Shown piece after piece: positions 48,558 through 59,045 of a stretch of 64,000 nt of DNA. The stretch is from Spirochaetia bacterium (GTDB lineage Bacteria; Spirochaetota; Spirochaetia; DSM-2461), in NCBI GenBank assembly GCA_963666985.2, contig CAXXIA010000002.1:448001-512000 (forward strand). The letters are read 5' to 3'. The notes beneath the pieces are model-generated. The model searched no databases, had not been told where the DNA came from, and saw only the letters and a program-made list of their open reading frames with translations. The position numbers were made by a program, and so were the translations under genes. Within the stretch, counting starts at the first letter, position 1; each line of letters opens with the position of its first letter.

Positions 48558-48754
48558 TCCGCCGGCCCTCACCGAGTTCTCCCGAGTACCGGTTTCGCTC
48601 CCGCGGGATTTCGGCGGTCTTATTAAAAACGGTCCTTCAAAAATTGCACACTAAGCTTTCTTGCGAATAAAAAAGTCATCGCGGAGTCTCAATAAAAATT
48701 GATTCGCATTCGATAAAGGAAAAACCATTTAATTCGATTTTAAAGGACTTCCCG

Positions 48755-48784
48755 CCAAAAATCGCTGATTTTTAAAATCGCCTC
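48755..48784 (-). repeat. Palindromic interspersed repeat (family A), copy 3
   Basis: Reverse complement GAGGCGATTTTAAAAATCAGCGATTTTTGG. Confidence 0.8.
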
Positions 48785-48851
48785 AGATAGAATAAAGATA
48801 TCTTACACGCATTAAACTTTAGCAGCACCGATTCCGTCCGGGAGGCCGCCG

Positions 48852-50237
48852 ATGATTTCATATTTCCACAAACGTTCGTTTCGTCCGATTCCGGCCGTAA
48901 CCGTTCTTCTCTTATTAGCCTGCGCGGCCGGGGTGTCGGCCCAAGAGAATAAAACCGCGTTGATTATCGGCAACAGCGCTTATGAGAGTTTTTCTCCGCT
49001 CGGCAACCCCGTCGATGAGGCCGGACAAATGGCGGCCGCACTGGAACGCATCGGCTTTAAAGTTATTCTGCTGAAGGATGCCACTCAAGACGAAATGATC
49101 GAAGGTCTCATGAACTTCGAATATGAACTGAGAAACAGAAAAGGTCTGGCTCTCTTTCATTACGGCGGACACGGCGTTCAGGTCGGAGGATGCAATTACC
49201 TTATTCCGGTGGACGCCGACATTCCCAATGAACGGCTGATCCGCAGCCGGGCCGTGGATGTGGACGAATTTATCGGAACCATGGAAATCGCCGGAGCCGA
49301 AACCAACATCATCATTCTGGATGCCTGCCGAAACAATCCTCTTCCCGGTCAGGAACGCAGCGGAACCCGCGGTCTGGCCGCGGTGGGAAATCCGCCGCCC
49401 AACTCCATCATCGTCTATTCGGCCGATGCCGGCGCCACGGCCCAAGACGGATTATTCACGCCCACTCTTCTGAAATATATCGAAACGCCGGGAATGGAAC
49501 TCAACGCCATCCTGCGAAACGTTCGCAGAGACGTATTGGACGCCACGGGCGGCAAGCAAAGAACCGGCGAATACGACCAGTTGGTTACCGAAGTTTATCT
49601 GGCCGGCCGGAGAGACAACGTCGATCCGATTCCCGCCGTTCCGACCGGCGATTTCAGCGGATATGTCGATGTGACCAATGCCACGGGAGAAGACCTCTAC
49701 TATCTTTTTGTCAGTCATTCCGAAAGCGACAGCTGGGGCGACGACATGCTCGGCGATGAGATTCTGCCGGACGGTGAAACCTACCGTGTGTTCTTAAGCA
49801 ATCAGCCGTCGTCCATCTTCGATATTCAGGCGAAAAACGAAGACGGAGAACGCTTCACCTACATGGGCGTGGATGTGGAAACGACGGACATTACGGTTCA
49901 TCCCGAAGATATTGACCCCGACAGTATTCGCAATTTCATCGGAGAGGTAACGCTCAACGGACCCGGCGGTGATTTCGACGGCTACGTCGATGTGACGAAC
50001 GATACCGGCTTCAACGGCTTAAGTCTCCATATCAGACAGGACAGCAAAACCTGGGGGCCCGACCTCATGGGCGATGAAAACCTTCCGGACGGCTCCTCGT
50101 TCAAAATCTATATTCGGAATTACCCTCACAGCGTTTTCGATATCAGAATGACGGACGAAGACGGCGATACTTATTCTTTTTTCAATATCGATATCGCATC
50201 GGAAGACGTATACATTACGATGGAGAATCTTGATTAG
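48852..50237 (+). CDS. Exported caspase-like protease (peptidase C14, p20) with two C-terminal acidic repeat domains
   Basis: Signal peptide, ALIIGNSAY, HYGGHG (His), NYLIPVDA, ILDACRNNP (Cys); two ~90-aa repeats. Confidence 0.9.
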   Translation: MISYFHKRSFRPIPAVTVLLLLACAAGVSAQENKTALIIGNSAYESFSPLGNPVDEAGQMAAALERIGFKVILLKDATQDEMIEGLMNFEYELRNRKGLALFHYGGHGVQVGGCNYLIPVDADIPNERLIRSRAVDVDEFIGTMEIAGAETNIIILDACRNNPLPGQERSGTRGLAAVGNPPPNSIIVYSADAGATAQDGLFTPTLLKYIETPGMELNAILRNVRRDVLDATGGKQRTGEYDQLVTEVYLAGRRDNVDPIPAVPTGDFSGYVDVTNATGEDLYYLFVSHSESDSWGDDMLGDEILPDGETYRVFLSNQPSSIFDIQAKNEDGERFTYMGVDVETTDITVHPEDIDPDSIRNFIGEVTLNGPGGDFDGYVDVTNDTGFNGLSLHIRQDSKTWGPDLMGDENLPDGSSFKIYIRNYPHSVFDIRMTDEDGDTYSFFNIDIASEDVYITMENLD

Positions 50238-50247
50238 GATTCGGCTC

Positions 50248-52455
50248 TTACATTACGGCCTGCGTGCTTAAATCCTCTTCAAATCTCTCCGAATCAATTT
50301 TGAAGCGTTTTATCTTCCCGGTCAGTTCCCCCGTACTGCCTGTTAGTTCATGGCTAAAATTCTGTAAATCGCTTACGGCCCTCAAGACTTCCTCCGAACC
50401 GTTTTTAATCTCTTCCATGGCGGAATCCACGGTCCGGCTCAATCCCTGAATATTCGCCATATTCGACGCCGTTTCCGAGGTTCCCTTCAATATGTCCAAA
50501 GCGGCGGCTGAAATCTTCTCGGCCGATTCCTGAACCGAGATAACCGCGTCCATAACCTGATCCGAACCTGTTGAGATTTCTTGAGTGCTGACTTCAAATT
50601 CATTAAATGATTCGGCGATCTGCTCCATTCCGCTGATAACTTCGGCCAGTTTGGTTTGCAGCTGATTCGTCGATTGAGTCGACATCTCAATTTTCGTAAT
50701 TATATTCTGAACCGTTTGCCCGATGATATTGGAATTCGTACCGGAATTCTCGGCAAGTTTCCTGATTTCATCGGCCACAACGGCGAATCCTCGGCCGGCC
50801 TCCCCGGCATGAGCCGCTTCTATTGCGGCGTTCATTGCCAAGAGATTGGTTTGGGCGGCAACACTTTGAATTACATCCACTATTTCAAGGATGGAACTGA
50901 TGCTGTTGTTCATATCGGCAATGGATTCACTCGTTTTATTTAAGAGCGACCGACCTTCCTCCACGCCGCCGACAAGGTTTTGGGAAGTCAGCTTTCGGCT
51001 GGACGCAACGGACGCCATACTCTTCAGCGATGCAATCATCTGTTCTACCGAAGCGGTGGACTGAGTAACGGCGCTCGTTTGTTCACCTGTTTGCCGATTG
51101 AGTATTTCGATTGTCCGCTGGATTTCCTCGGTAGAGGCCGATGCCGCTCGTATTTCTCCGTCCAACTGCTCAATCCGATACTTTATCGAATCAAGATTGC
51201 TGGAAATTTCATGAACAGCCGAAGAGGATTCCTCAGCCGAAGCGGCCAGATTCTCGCCGACATGATTACTCACTTCGGCGGTAGTGCGAATATCGCGAAT
51301 CAATTGCTGCAGCGAATCGACAAAATCATTGAAATTATTGCCGATGCTGCCGATTTCATCCATGGTTCGAATAGGGATACGCGAAGTCAGATCGCCTCCG
51401 CCCTGGCTAATCGTACTCAGCTCCCTGCCTACGGCCTTTAATGGCTTGAAAATAAGACGACGCGTTACGAAGAAAATGGCTCCGGCGCAGATAAGCGTAC
51501 AAGCCGCGACAATTCCAATTAATATTCGTGTAACGAATTGAAGTTCACTTAAAATTTCATCAAGATCCTTTCTAAAAAAAATAAACCAATCGGCCGCCAT
51601 CTCATAATCGCCCGATTCAAATGAATGGCAGACATAAAGAGCGTCTTTTCCTTTGTATCGTCGTATAAACTGCGTTACATCCTTTAAGGCTTGTTCTCCA
51701 TACGGAGCCCATGCCGCCTTTCCTTCTTCGGTTAGAACGAGAGAATCGTCGGGATGAGCAATCATCTGACCTTCGGAATCTCCGAAAAATAAATAGGCCG
51801 TTTCACCGATATTTTTCTGAGCGATAAATTGATCGGTGAAATGGCTCATATGCGGTGCGATAATCGCGGCCCCGATTCGCTCGCCGTTTTCCATCACCGG
51901 AACGCTGATTACGAAAATAGGAGTGCCTGTTTTCATGCTGCGGTAGAGTTCACTCACGAAAACATCGGTACCGCCGCGAATCCTTTCGGTGTAATTCCGT
52001 CCGGCCCCCTTCCCAAGAGTTTGTCCCCGAACACTGTCGATAAAAAAAGAGCCGGCCGGAATATCATACGGCTCGCCATCAAAATCAATCGTTATCGGCT
52101 TATTAATGGCAAAAGACACCAAGGGGATATTTTCCAGATAATCATAATTTTCATATGTTGTTTCCAAGAAGTCCCTTGCTGATTGATACGCCTCCCGATT
52201 CAGAGGATCCCGGCAGACCGCTTGAACCGAAGGATTCTTCGCAATCTCTCGAGCCAGCCGTACTTGATCTTCCATCCATGATTCCAATGAAATACCGATC
52301 GTTTCCGTAACGGTATTTCCAAGTCTGTAAGCATTATCGATTAAATCGGAACGGATAATACTGTAAACAACAATTCCCGATACGGTAAAACTAAGAATTA
52401 TTATCGGCAAAACAATAATAAGAAATTTCAGAACAACACTCTGCTTTTTTGCCAT
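50248..52455 (-). CDS. Methyl-accepting chemotaxis protein with double-Cache sensor
   Basis: TM-Cache-TM-HAMP (GDLTSRI..DEIG); [35 protein letters not shown]. Confidence 0.95.
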   Translation of the reverse strand: MAKKQSVVLKFLIIVLPIIILSFTVSGIVVYSIIRSDLIDNAYRLGNTVTETIGISLESWMEDQVRLAREIAKNPSVQAVCRDPLNREAYQSARDFLETTYENYDYLENIPLVSFAINKPITIDFDGEPYDIPAGSFFIDSVRGQTLGKGAGRNYTERIRGGTDVFVSELYRSMKTGTPIFVISVPVMENGERIGAAIIAPHMSHFTDQFIAQKNIGETAYLFFGDSEGQMIAHPDDSLVLTEEGKAAWAPYGEQALKDVTQFIRRYKGKDALYVCHSFESGDYEMAADWFIFFRKDLDEILSELQFVTRILIGIVAACTLICAGAIFFVTRRLIFKPLKAVGRELSTISQGGGDLTSRIPIRTMDEIGSIGNNFNDFVDSLQQLIRDIRTTAEVSNHVGENLAASAEESSSAVHEISSNLDSIKYRIEQLDGEIRAASASTEEIQRTIEILNRQTGEQTSAVTQSTASVEQMIASLKSMASVASSRKLTSQNLVGGVEEGRSLLNKTSESIADMNNSISSILEIVDVIQSVAAQTNLLAMNAAIEAAHAGEAGRGFAVVADEIRKLAENSGTNSNIIGQTVQNIITKIEMSTQSTNQLQTKLAEVISGMEQIAESFNEFEVSTQEISTGSDQVMDAVISVQESAEKISAAALDILKGTSETASNMANIQGLSRTVDSAMEEIKNGSEEVLRAVSDLQNFSHELTGSTGELTGKIKRFKIDSERFEEDLSTQAVM

Positions 52456-52718
52456 TTATCGCTCCTTGCCCATTATTTCATATTAATTATCGAAGCATGG
52501 AAAATTGGTTTTCAAGGAATAAGCAATAAAATTTTCATGATTAAATAAACATTCTTTAACAATAACCGGAATCAATGCGATCTTTCTTTTCGATCTCTCA
52601 AATCAAGAGATTTCGGATTAAAATGCATGAATAATGAAACGAATATCTTATTATTACGCCTTATTACGCCGAACTCTTCTTATTGGAAATCAAAGAAAGA
52701 GAATGGTATCTTGAAACA

Positions 52719-53054
52719 ATGATGAAACGCTTCCTAACCATCGTAATTCTTTTGTTTCCGGCCGCTTTTCTCTGGTCAACAGAAGGAAAAACCGTTTTCA
52801 AGGTGACCAATAATACGGGATTCGTTCTTTCCGCCCTTTATATCGACGATGCATCCGAAGAATGGAACGAAAATATCCTGGAAGGAACGCCCCTTCTCAA
52901 CGGAGAGTCCGTCTTTATCCCTTTAGTAACCCTGAACAATACCGTTGTTGATATCCGCGCTAAAGACGAAGAAGGCGATACCTACACCATCTTCGGCGTG
53001 AATGTAGAAAATGAAGACGTGATTATTTTCCTCCAGAATATCGACCCGGACTGA
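52719..53054 (+). CDS. Small exported acidic protein, single copy of the caspase C-terminal repeat domain
   Basis: Signal peptide, then VTNNTGF..LYI..W.ENIL...L.NGES...DIRAKDEEGDTYT...IDPD. Confidence 0.8.
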   Translation: MMKRFLTIVILLFPAAFLWSTEGKTVFKVTNNTGFVLSALYIDDASEEWNENILEGTPLLNGESVFIPLVTLNNTVVDIRAKDEEGDTYTIFGVNVENEDVIIFLQNIDPD

Positions 53055-53187
53055 CGCCGCCGTCTTCCGAAAAATCACCTCATCTCAGCCCTCGGCATAT
53101 CGAAAAGTCCCGTAATGAGGCACAAAATAAGTTCCATGCATTATACTGACCCCGGCGGCCGCGAGCGTCCGCCGAGGAGATGAATCC

Positions 53188-54363
53188 ATGTCCCTGAATC
53201 CCGTTATCGAAACTCTCGGCCGTCCCGTTCGTCTGGCTCTCATAGGAGGCGGCCCCGGATCTTTTATAGGCAGGATGCACCGCACCGCCGCCCGACTGGA
53301 CGGCCGCTACGAAATCGTCGCCGGCGTTCTTTCATCAAAACCGGAAAAGGCAAAGGCCGCCGGATGTGAAATCGGCCTGGATGAAGAGCGCAGCTACGGG
53401 GATGTTCCGACAATGCTTGCCGCCGAAAAAGCCCGTAAAGACGGTGCGGACGCCGTGGCGATTATGACTCCGAACGATTCTCATGTTCCTTATTCTCTTG
53501 CGGCGATGGAAGCAGGATTCCATGTTATCTGCGATAAACCGCTGACCAATTCCGTTGCCGAAGCCGAAACTCTCGTTGAAGCCGTTAAAAAGCGGAACAA
53601 GGTTTTCTGCCTGCTGCATAACTATTCCGGTTATCCCCTTGTCCGCCAGGCCCGCGCCATGGTGGAAGCCGGAGAACTTGGTGAGATTCGTTTGGTTCAG
53701 GTGGAATACGTCCAGGGCGGCAAAGCCGACGAAAGCAAAAAGGACGATCCCACGGCACATCGCGGCTGGAAATACAATCCGAAAATAAGCGGCCCCTCGC
53801 TGGTTCTCGGCGACATCGGGACACACGCCCATCATTTGATGCGCTTCATCACCCGCAGGGAAGTCGCCGAACTGGCGGCGGAAGTGGGCGCCGTCGTTCC
53901 CGGCCGCATCGTCCATGATTTCGCCGGAGCTCTGCTCCGCCTCGAAGGAGGGGCCCGAGGCGTTTTCTGGGTTACTCAAGCGGCCGCGGGTATGGAAAAC
54001 AGCCTGAAAATCCGCGTTTCCGGCAATAAGGGAAGCCTCGAATGGTGGCAGGAAATCCCTCAGCGATTAAATTTCCATCCCCTCGGCCTGCCGGCTCAGG
54101 TTCGAACGGGAAACGGCCCCGGATCGTATCCGGCCTCTTCAAGGCTGTGCCGGGTGCCCGCCGGTCATCCGGAAGGCTTTCCAGAGGGTTTCGGCAATAT
54201 TTATTCGGATGCCGCGGAAGTCATCGCCGCGAGAATCGCCGGGAGAGAACCCGATCCTCTGGCCCTGTGGCACCCCACCGCCGAGGACGGTCTTGCCGGA
54301 ATGAAATTCACCATGGCGTGTTTGGAATCGGCACAAAACGGCGGAAGGTGGACGGCTCTTTAG
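53188..54363 (+). CDS. Gfo/Idh/MocA oxidoreductase
   Basis: IGGGPGSFIG..H, TPNDSH, ICDKP, GDIGTH, GHPEG. Confidence 0.92.
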   Translation: MSLNPVIETLGRPVRLALIGGGPGSFIGRMHRTAARLDGRYEIVAGVLSSKPEKAKAAGCEIGLDEERSYGDVPTMLAAEKARKDGADAVAIMTPNDSHVPYSLAAMEAGFHVICDKPLTNSVAEAETLVEAVKKRNKVFCLLHNYSGYPLVRQARAMVEAGELGEIRLVQVEYVQGGKADESKKDDPTAHRGWKYNPKISGPSLVLGDIGTHAHHLMRFITRREVAELAAEVGAVVPGRIVHDFAGALLRLEGGARGVFWVTQAAAGMENSLKIRVSGNKGSLEWWQEIPQRLNFHPLGLPAQVRTGNGPGSYPASSRLCRVPAGHPEGFPEGFGNIYSDAAEVIAARIAGREPDPLALWHPTAEDGLAGMKFTMACLESAQNGGRWTAL

Positions 54364-54524
54364 GACTTTTGCCGACTCATGATTTAAAACAGCCTCCGGA
54401 TTGTCCGGAAGCCTTTTTTCAATCCCGGCGAACCGGAAATCCGGTTCGCCGTCGGCTTGTCGGGTTATCTTTAAACGAATTCGGATTCGGATAAACCGCC
54501 GAATCCCGATGCCTTCGAAATCAA

Positions 54525-54938
54525 TCAGCGGATCGCCAGCACGTCCCCCCCGGTTAGCGCGCCTGTTAAAAGATCGAACTCGCGCCTATTGCTCTCAAGA
54601 CGGAACGCAACCTTCTTTTTTTTATCATCCAATTCACAGATAAGCCTGCGAACCGTCTTTCGCTCGTTTATCAGCCTTTCGCGAGAGCGGGGGTTCTGGA
54701 CGTTATTCACAAGAAAATAGATTCGGCCGTTCAGAATCTTTAGGTCGCTTAAAGCAAGTTCCGCTCGATTCAGCCATTGCACATCTTCATCAATCAGCCG
54801 GCTTATTTCCAGCACGCCGGGATTCTCAGGACTTCGTAAATCTTCGGCGGATGCGGTCGGCAAAGCCGCCATCGCGAGATAAACGGCAAAGCCGAGTCGG
54901 CACAATAATCGATGAATCAGCGTTCTTTCTTTTCTCAT
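54525..54938 (-). CDS. Hypothetical exported coiled-coil protein
   Basis: GGGAAGGG RBS-like sequence, signal-like stretch ending ASA, heptad-rich helix. Confidence 0.55.
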   Translation of the reverse strand: MRKERTLIHRLLCRLGFAVYLAMAALPTASAEDLRSPENPGVLEISRLIDEDVQWLNRAELALSDLKILNGRIYFLVNNVQNPRSRERLINERKTVRRLICELDDKKKKVAFRLESNRREFDLLTGALTGGDVLAIR

Positions 54939-55117
54939 GATATTCCCCTTCCCGTTCCCAATATCGGAAGGACTTAAGGGGAAGCTGACCATCAACCCGT
55001 ATTTAATCCTTTAAAAAGATTCCACAACTCACTTTTCTCGGTAGAATGCCCCCTTCTCGACCTATCCGCATTTCCTCGGCTATCATTCGGGCCAAGAGTC
55101 TCTTTAAGGAGCGCGTT

Positions 55118-56023
55118 ATGCCCAAGTTCCTCGCCGTCTGCCTCAATCCCACCAATCAGCGTACCATCCGCTTAAAGGATTTCGAGAAGGGCGAAGTGAA
55201 CCGCGCCGCCGCGGCCAGAACGGATGCTTCCGGCAAAGGGGTGAACGTCGGCCGCGTTCTTGTGCAATTGGGAGATGACGTCCGCCACCTCACCCACCTC
55301 GGACCGGGCCGGAGCGAATTCCTCAGGCTCTGCGCCGAAGACAACCTGGATGTCGTTTGGACGGAAAGTTCCTCACAAATCAGAACCTGCATTACCCTGC
55401 TTGATTCGGCCGACAACAGCACGACGGAAATCGTCGAGCCGAGTGAACCGGTGGATGCCGTCTGTGTCGCGGATATCGGAAAAAAATTCGCCGAACAGCT
55501 TCACTGGACGGACTGGGTGATTCTCTCGGGCACGAAAACACCGGGCTATCCGCCGCGTCTCTTCGCCGATTTCTGCGCCGCGGCCGCGGCGGCCGGAAAG
55601 CCGACGGCGGCCGACTACAGAGGAGAGGAGCTTAAAGCGTCTCTTGCTCATCATCCGGCGCTGGTGAAAATCAACCTGGTGGAATTCTGCCATACCTTCC
55701 TAGCTCATCTCACCGTGAGCGAAGCCGACGACACGGCCGCGCTGCCCGAAGTGAAGACAAAATTGGCGGAACTTTCTTCAGACGGAATCGACTACGTGAT
55801 CACCAGAGGGGCGCGGGAGATTCTCTGCGCTCATCGGGGCGACCTATCCTCCGTTTCGCCGCCGAAAATCACACCGGTGAATACCATCGGTTCGGGCGAT
55901 GCGGCAACGGCGGGTATCGTGCATGCTCTGGCCGCCGGAGCGGATCTGAAAGCGGCCGTGGAAGAAGGCGCCCGGTGCGGCGCGGCCAATGCGGAACTTC
56001 TTAAGCCGGGCACCATATTTTAA
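55118..56023 (+). CDS. PfkB-family sugar kinase (1-phosphofructokinase/LacC-like)
   Basis: CLNP, SGKGVNV, LSG, KIN..E, NTIGSGDA. Confidence 0.9.
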   Translation: MPKFLAVCLNPTNQRTIRLKDFEKGEVNRAAAARTDASGKGVNVGRVLVQLGDDVRHLTHLGPGRSEFLRLCAEDNLDVVWTESSSQIRTCITLLDSADNSTTEIVEPSEPVDAVCVADIGKKFAEQLHWTDWVILSGTKTPGYPPRLFADFCAAAAAAGKPTAADYRGEELKASLAHHPALVKINLVEFCHTFLAHLTVSEADDTAALPEVKTKLAELSSDGIDYVITRGAREILCAHRGDLSSVSPPKITPVNTIGSGDAATAGIVHALAAGADLKAAVEEGARCGAANAELLKPGTIF

Positions 56024-56064
56024 TCCGCCGGATGCTACCGCGGGCTGTAAAAAACCGCTCACCG

Positions 56065-56164
56065 ATTCGCTTCGCGATTCAGCTGTGTGGCTCGCTAATT
56101 CGCTTCACGATTCAGCTGTGTGGCTCGCTAATTCGCTTCACGATTCAGCTGTGTGGGCTCGCTA
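56065..56164. repeat. 33-bp tandem repeat, 3 copies
   Basis: ATTCGCTTC(G/A)CGATTCAGCTGTGTGGCTCGCTA at 56065, 56098 and 56131 (last copy has one extra G). Confidence 0.95.
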
Positions 56165-57190
56165 ATTGATATCCAGCTTCGCAAAATCGATGATGAAATC
56201 GCAAACCTCTTCCGCATTGTTCAAATCCAGCTGAGGCAGGTTCGTCTGCAGAGGGGTATCCGTGGCGACGGCGATAAAATTCGACGTCCGTCCGCCCGTA
56301 TGCAGTTTCGGATGGCCGGCCCGTTCCCTGAATACTTCAATCCTGGCCGGTGCCGTTTCTTTCCATCCTTCGACGAGAACGATATCCATGCCCATAAAAT
56401 AAGCGGCGATCAATTCTTCACAATCGGGATTTCCTTCATTCTTTCGAATCAAGGCATGCTTGTCTTGATCGCTGATTAACGTGGCGACCGCTCCGGCTTG
56501 AGTCATGCGCCAGCTGTCTTTGCCCGGTTTATCAATCTCGAATCGATGCCCTTCATGCTTGAGCGCTCCCACCCGAAGTCCCTTTCTCGTAAGCTTTTCG
56601 ATGACGGCCGTCATCAGGGTGGTTTTGCCGCTGCCGGAATATCCGGCGAAGGAAACAACAGGCGGAATCCGTTTTTCTTCCCGCCGACGCGAATCCTTAT
56701 GATGCAGGTCCGCGCAGTCGGAAGGATCTCCCTGAATCTTGGCGAGAGTATGAGGCACGGCCGGCCATACGGCTTCCAAATTCTCAACGGCCGCTTTGGG
56801 ACTGCCGGGCAGATTGAGGATGAGGCATCGCCCGCGGATGCCGGCCATGGCGCGGGAGATAATCGCCATGGGAGTGATTTGCAGACTGCGCATCCGCATC
56901 AATTCACCGAAGCCGGGAATTTCACGATCGATAACCGCACGGGTCGCTTCGGGAGCGACATCGCGCGGGGATACACCCGTGCCCCCGCAGCCGACGATAA
57001 GATCGAGATCGCCGCCGTCGGCCCATTCGGAAAGAGTTTTGCGGATAACATCGAACTCATCCGGAATCACGCCGAATTTCAGCGTTTCAACGTGATGATC
57101 GGAAAGCCATTGTTTCAAGGCCGGACCGCTTGTATCTTCCCGCAATCCGGCGGCGCCTTTATCGCTGAGAACAAGAACGCCCGCCTTCAT
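56162..57190 (-). CDS. Fusion of molybdopterin adenylyltransferase (Mog/MoaB) and MobB
   Basis: SDK..REDTSG, GGTGVSPRD, PGFGE, NLPGSPKA; then GYSGSGKTT, KHEGH, DKPGKDS, LVEGWK. Confidence 0.9.
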   Translation of the reverse strand: MKAGVLVLSDKGAAGLREDTSGPALKQWLSDHHVETLKFGVIPDEFDVIRKTLSEWADGGDLDLIVGCGGTGVSPRDVAPEATRAVIDREIPGFGELMRMRSLQITPMAIISRAMAGIRGRCLILNLPGSPKAAVENLEAVWPAVPHTLAKIQGDPSDCADLHHKDSRRREEKRIPPVVSFAGYSGSGKTTLMTAVIEKLTRKGLRVGALKHEGHRFEIDKPGKDSWRMTQAGAVATLISDQDKHALIRKNEGNPDCEELIAAYFMGMDIVLVEGWKETAPARIEVFRERAGHPKLHTGGRTSNFIAVATDTPLQTNLPQLDLNNAEEVCDFIIDFAKLDIN

Positions 57191-57663
57191 TCTTCTCGTC
57201 TCCAAGTGCCGCTCTTGCCCCCTTCCTTGAAGAGAAGGCGGATTTCACCGATACGGATTCCTTTATCCTCCCCCTTGCACATATCGTAAACGGTTAAGGC
57301 CGCGATGGAAGCCGCCGTCATCGCTTCCATCTCCACGCCGGTGCGTTCAAAAGCCTTCACCGTCGCTCGAATCACGACCGTCCCGCTCTCGAAATCGCTT
57401 GAGAAATCGACGGCGGCATGATGAATGGCGAGAGGATGGGAAAGAGGAATGAGTTCGGGTGTTTTTTTACAGCCGGCGATTCCGGCGATGCGGGCGACGC
57501 CGAACACATCCCCTTTTCGGCCGGCCCCTTCTTCGATCAGCCGCAGGGTTTCAGGCCGCATATGAACGAAAGCTTCGGCCACGGCGGTCCGCATCGTCGG
57601 ATCTTTCGCGCCGACATCAACCATAATCGCGTTGCCCCGGTCGTTAAAATGGTTGAAGCTCAT
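57187..57663 (-). CDS. moaC: Cyclic pyranopterin monophosphate synthase MoaC
   Basis: MVDVG.K, KGDV, LIPLSHP, TGVEMEA, YDMCK, KEGGKSG. Confidence 0.96.
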   Translation of the reverse strand: MSFNHFNDRGNAIMVDVGAKDPTMRTAVAEAFVHMRPETLRLIEEGAGRKGDVFGVARIAGIAGCKKTPELIPLSHPLAIHHAAVDFSSDFESGTVVIRATVKAFERTGVEMEAMTAASIAALTVYDMCKGEDKGIRIGEIRLLFKEGGKSGTWRREE

Positions 57664-58034
57664 TCGGGATTCTCCTCGAAAATCTCTTTCTTCCGAATGG
57701 CTTCCGTTTTCACCCTGTTGAGCAGTTCGTGGAGTGCGGGAACAACATTTTCCCGAATATCTCCGGCCACCACGAGGAAGAGAAGATCGTCCCCGGGCCG
57801 GAAAGTACCGGAAAGCGCTTCAATAACGACACGCCATATCCCCTCCCGCTTTTCGAACTCCTTGCGGATTTCTTCAATCTTCGCTCTATCCGGAGTTACC
57901 TGCAGAAGGCCGATTTTGCCGCTTTGATTGCGCGACCAGGCGCGAACGGTACCGTTATGAGTCAGAACCATTCCCACGTTCTCCGCGAAACCGGGCTCTT
58001 TTTTCAGTTCGGCAATCGTTTTGGAAATATCCAT
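57660..58034 (-). CDS. moaE: MoaE-like molybdopterin synthase catalytic subunit (short form)
   Basis: GMVLTHNGTVR, VAGDIRE, K....KKE; position in the Moco operon. Confidence 0.75.
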   Translation of the reverse strand: MDISKTIAELKKEPGFAENVGMVLTHNGTVRAWSRNQSGKIGLLQVTPDRAKIEEIRKEFEKREGIWRVVIEALSGTFRPGDDLLFLVVAGDIRENVVPALHELLNRVKTEAIRKKEIFEENPE

Positions 58035-58058
58035 GACAATTCTCCCAAGATTCTTCCC

Positions 58059-59045
58059 TCAGCCGCCGACCCGCGACATGGATAAGCCTGTTTTATTTTT
58101 TTGATCCGAACGCAAATGGTGTTCATCCGGTTTCTCGGAAATCGCTTTGCGGAAGATTCGCTTCAATTGCGTTGAATCCGGTTTTTGCAGCCATGGTTTG
58201 AGATCCGTTTCCGTTTCGGAAAAAAGGCATGTCTTCATCATCCCGTTCGCCGTAATGCGGATTCGATTGCAATTGGAACAAAAGGAACAGCTTATCGCGG
58301 AGATGACTCCGATGCTGCCGGCACCGTTCACCAGTTCCCAAGTGCGGGCCGGTCCGGAAAGATAGGAATCTTCGGTTTCCCTCAGCCGGTAGCGGTTCCG
58401 AATCCGTTCAAGAATCTCCTGAGAAGGAACGGTTTTCCCATGGGCTTCATCACCGCTTTCGGTCGGCATGAATTCAATAAATCGGACGGACCAGGGATGC
58501 TCGACGGCGAGCGCGGCGAAATCTTCTATTTCGTCATCATTAACTCCGCGCATCACAACCATGTTGATTTTCAAGGGAATGCCGATCCGATCGGCCTCCT
58601 CGATTCCTTTCCATACCCTGTGGAAATAGTCACGTCGGGTAATCTGATGAAACCGCTCGGACTTTAGGGTATCGAGGCTGATATTGAGCCGCTGAATACC
58701 AACTTCCTTAAGAGGCCGGGCATATTGTTCAAGGAAAACCCCATTGGTTGTGAGCACAAGCTGCCGAAGGCCGGGAAGCATGGAAAGACGCCGCAGGAAC
58801 GGGATAAGATCTTTTCGCACCAGAGGCTCGCCGCCGGTAATCCGGATCTTTTCAAAGCCGAGGTCGACGGCGGTTTGTGCAATAAAATAAAGCTGCTCAT
58901 AACTGAGAATCTCATCATGGCCGCACAGAGGGAGTCCTTCCACGGGCATGCAGTAGCTGCAGCGCATGTTGCAGCGATCCGTAACCGAAAGCCGCAGGTA
59001 ATTGATTCTGCGATTATAGTTGTCCGTCAGTTGTTCATGGCTCAT
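58059..59045 (-). CDS. moaA: GTP 3',8-cyclase MoaA (radical SAM)
   Basis: YLRLSVTDRCNMRCSYCMP, TGGEP, FCSNCNRIR...CLF, C-terminal GG. Confidence 0.97.
   Translation of the reverse strand: MSHEQLTDNYNRRINYLRLSVTDRCNMRCSYCMPVEGLPLCGHDEILSYEQLYFIAQTAVDLGFEKIRITGGEPLVRKDLIPFLRRLSMLPGLRQLVLTTNGVFLEQYARPLKEVGIQRLNISLDTLKSERFHQITRRDYFHRVWKGIEEADRIGIPLKINMVVMRGVNDDEIEDFAALAVEHPWSVRFIEFMPTESGDEAHGKTVPSQEILERIRNRYRLRETEDSYLSGPARTWELVNGAGSIGVISAISCSFCSNCNRIRITANGMMKTCLFSETETDLKPWLQKPDSTQLKRIFRKAISEKPDEHHLRSDQKNKTGLSMSRVGG

Noticed and set aside
52651..52670. TTATTACGCC direct repeat x2
   Set aside because: Short duplication in an AT-rich promoter with no further copies noticed; insufficient support for a function
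54388..54510. Cluster of hairpins between convergent genes
   Set aside because: Adequately explained as terminators for the two converging transcripts
56065..56164. Possible CRISPR array (33-bp repeats)
   Set aside because: Units are directly adjacent with no spacers, and there are no cas genes in the window
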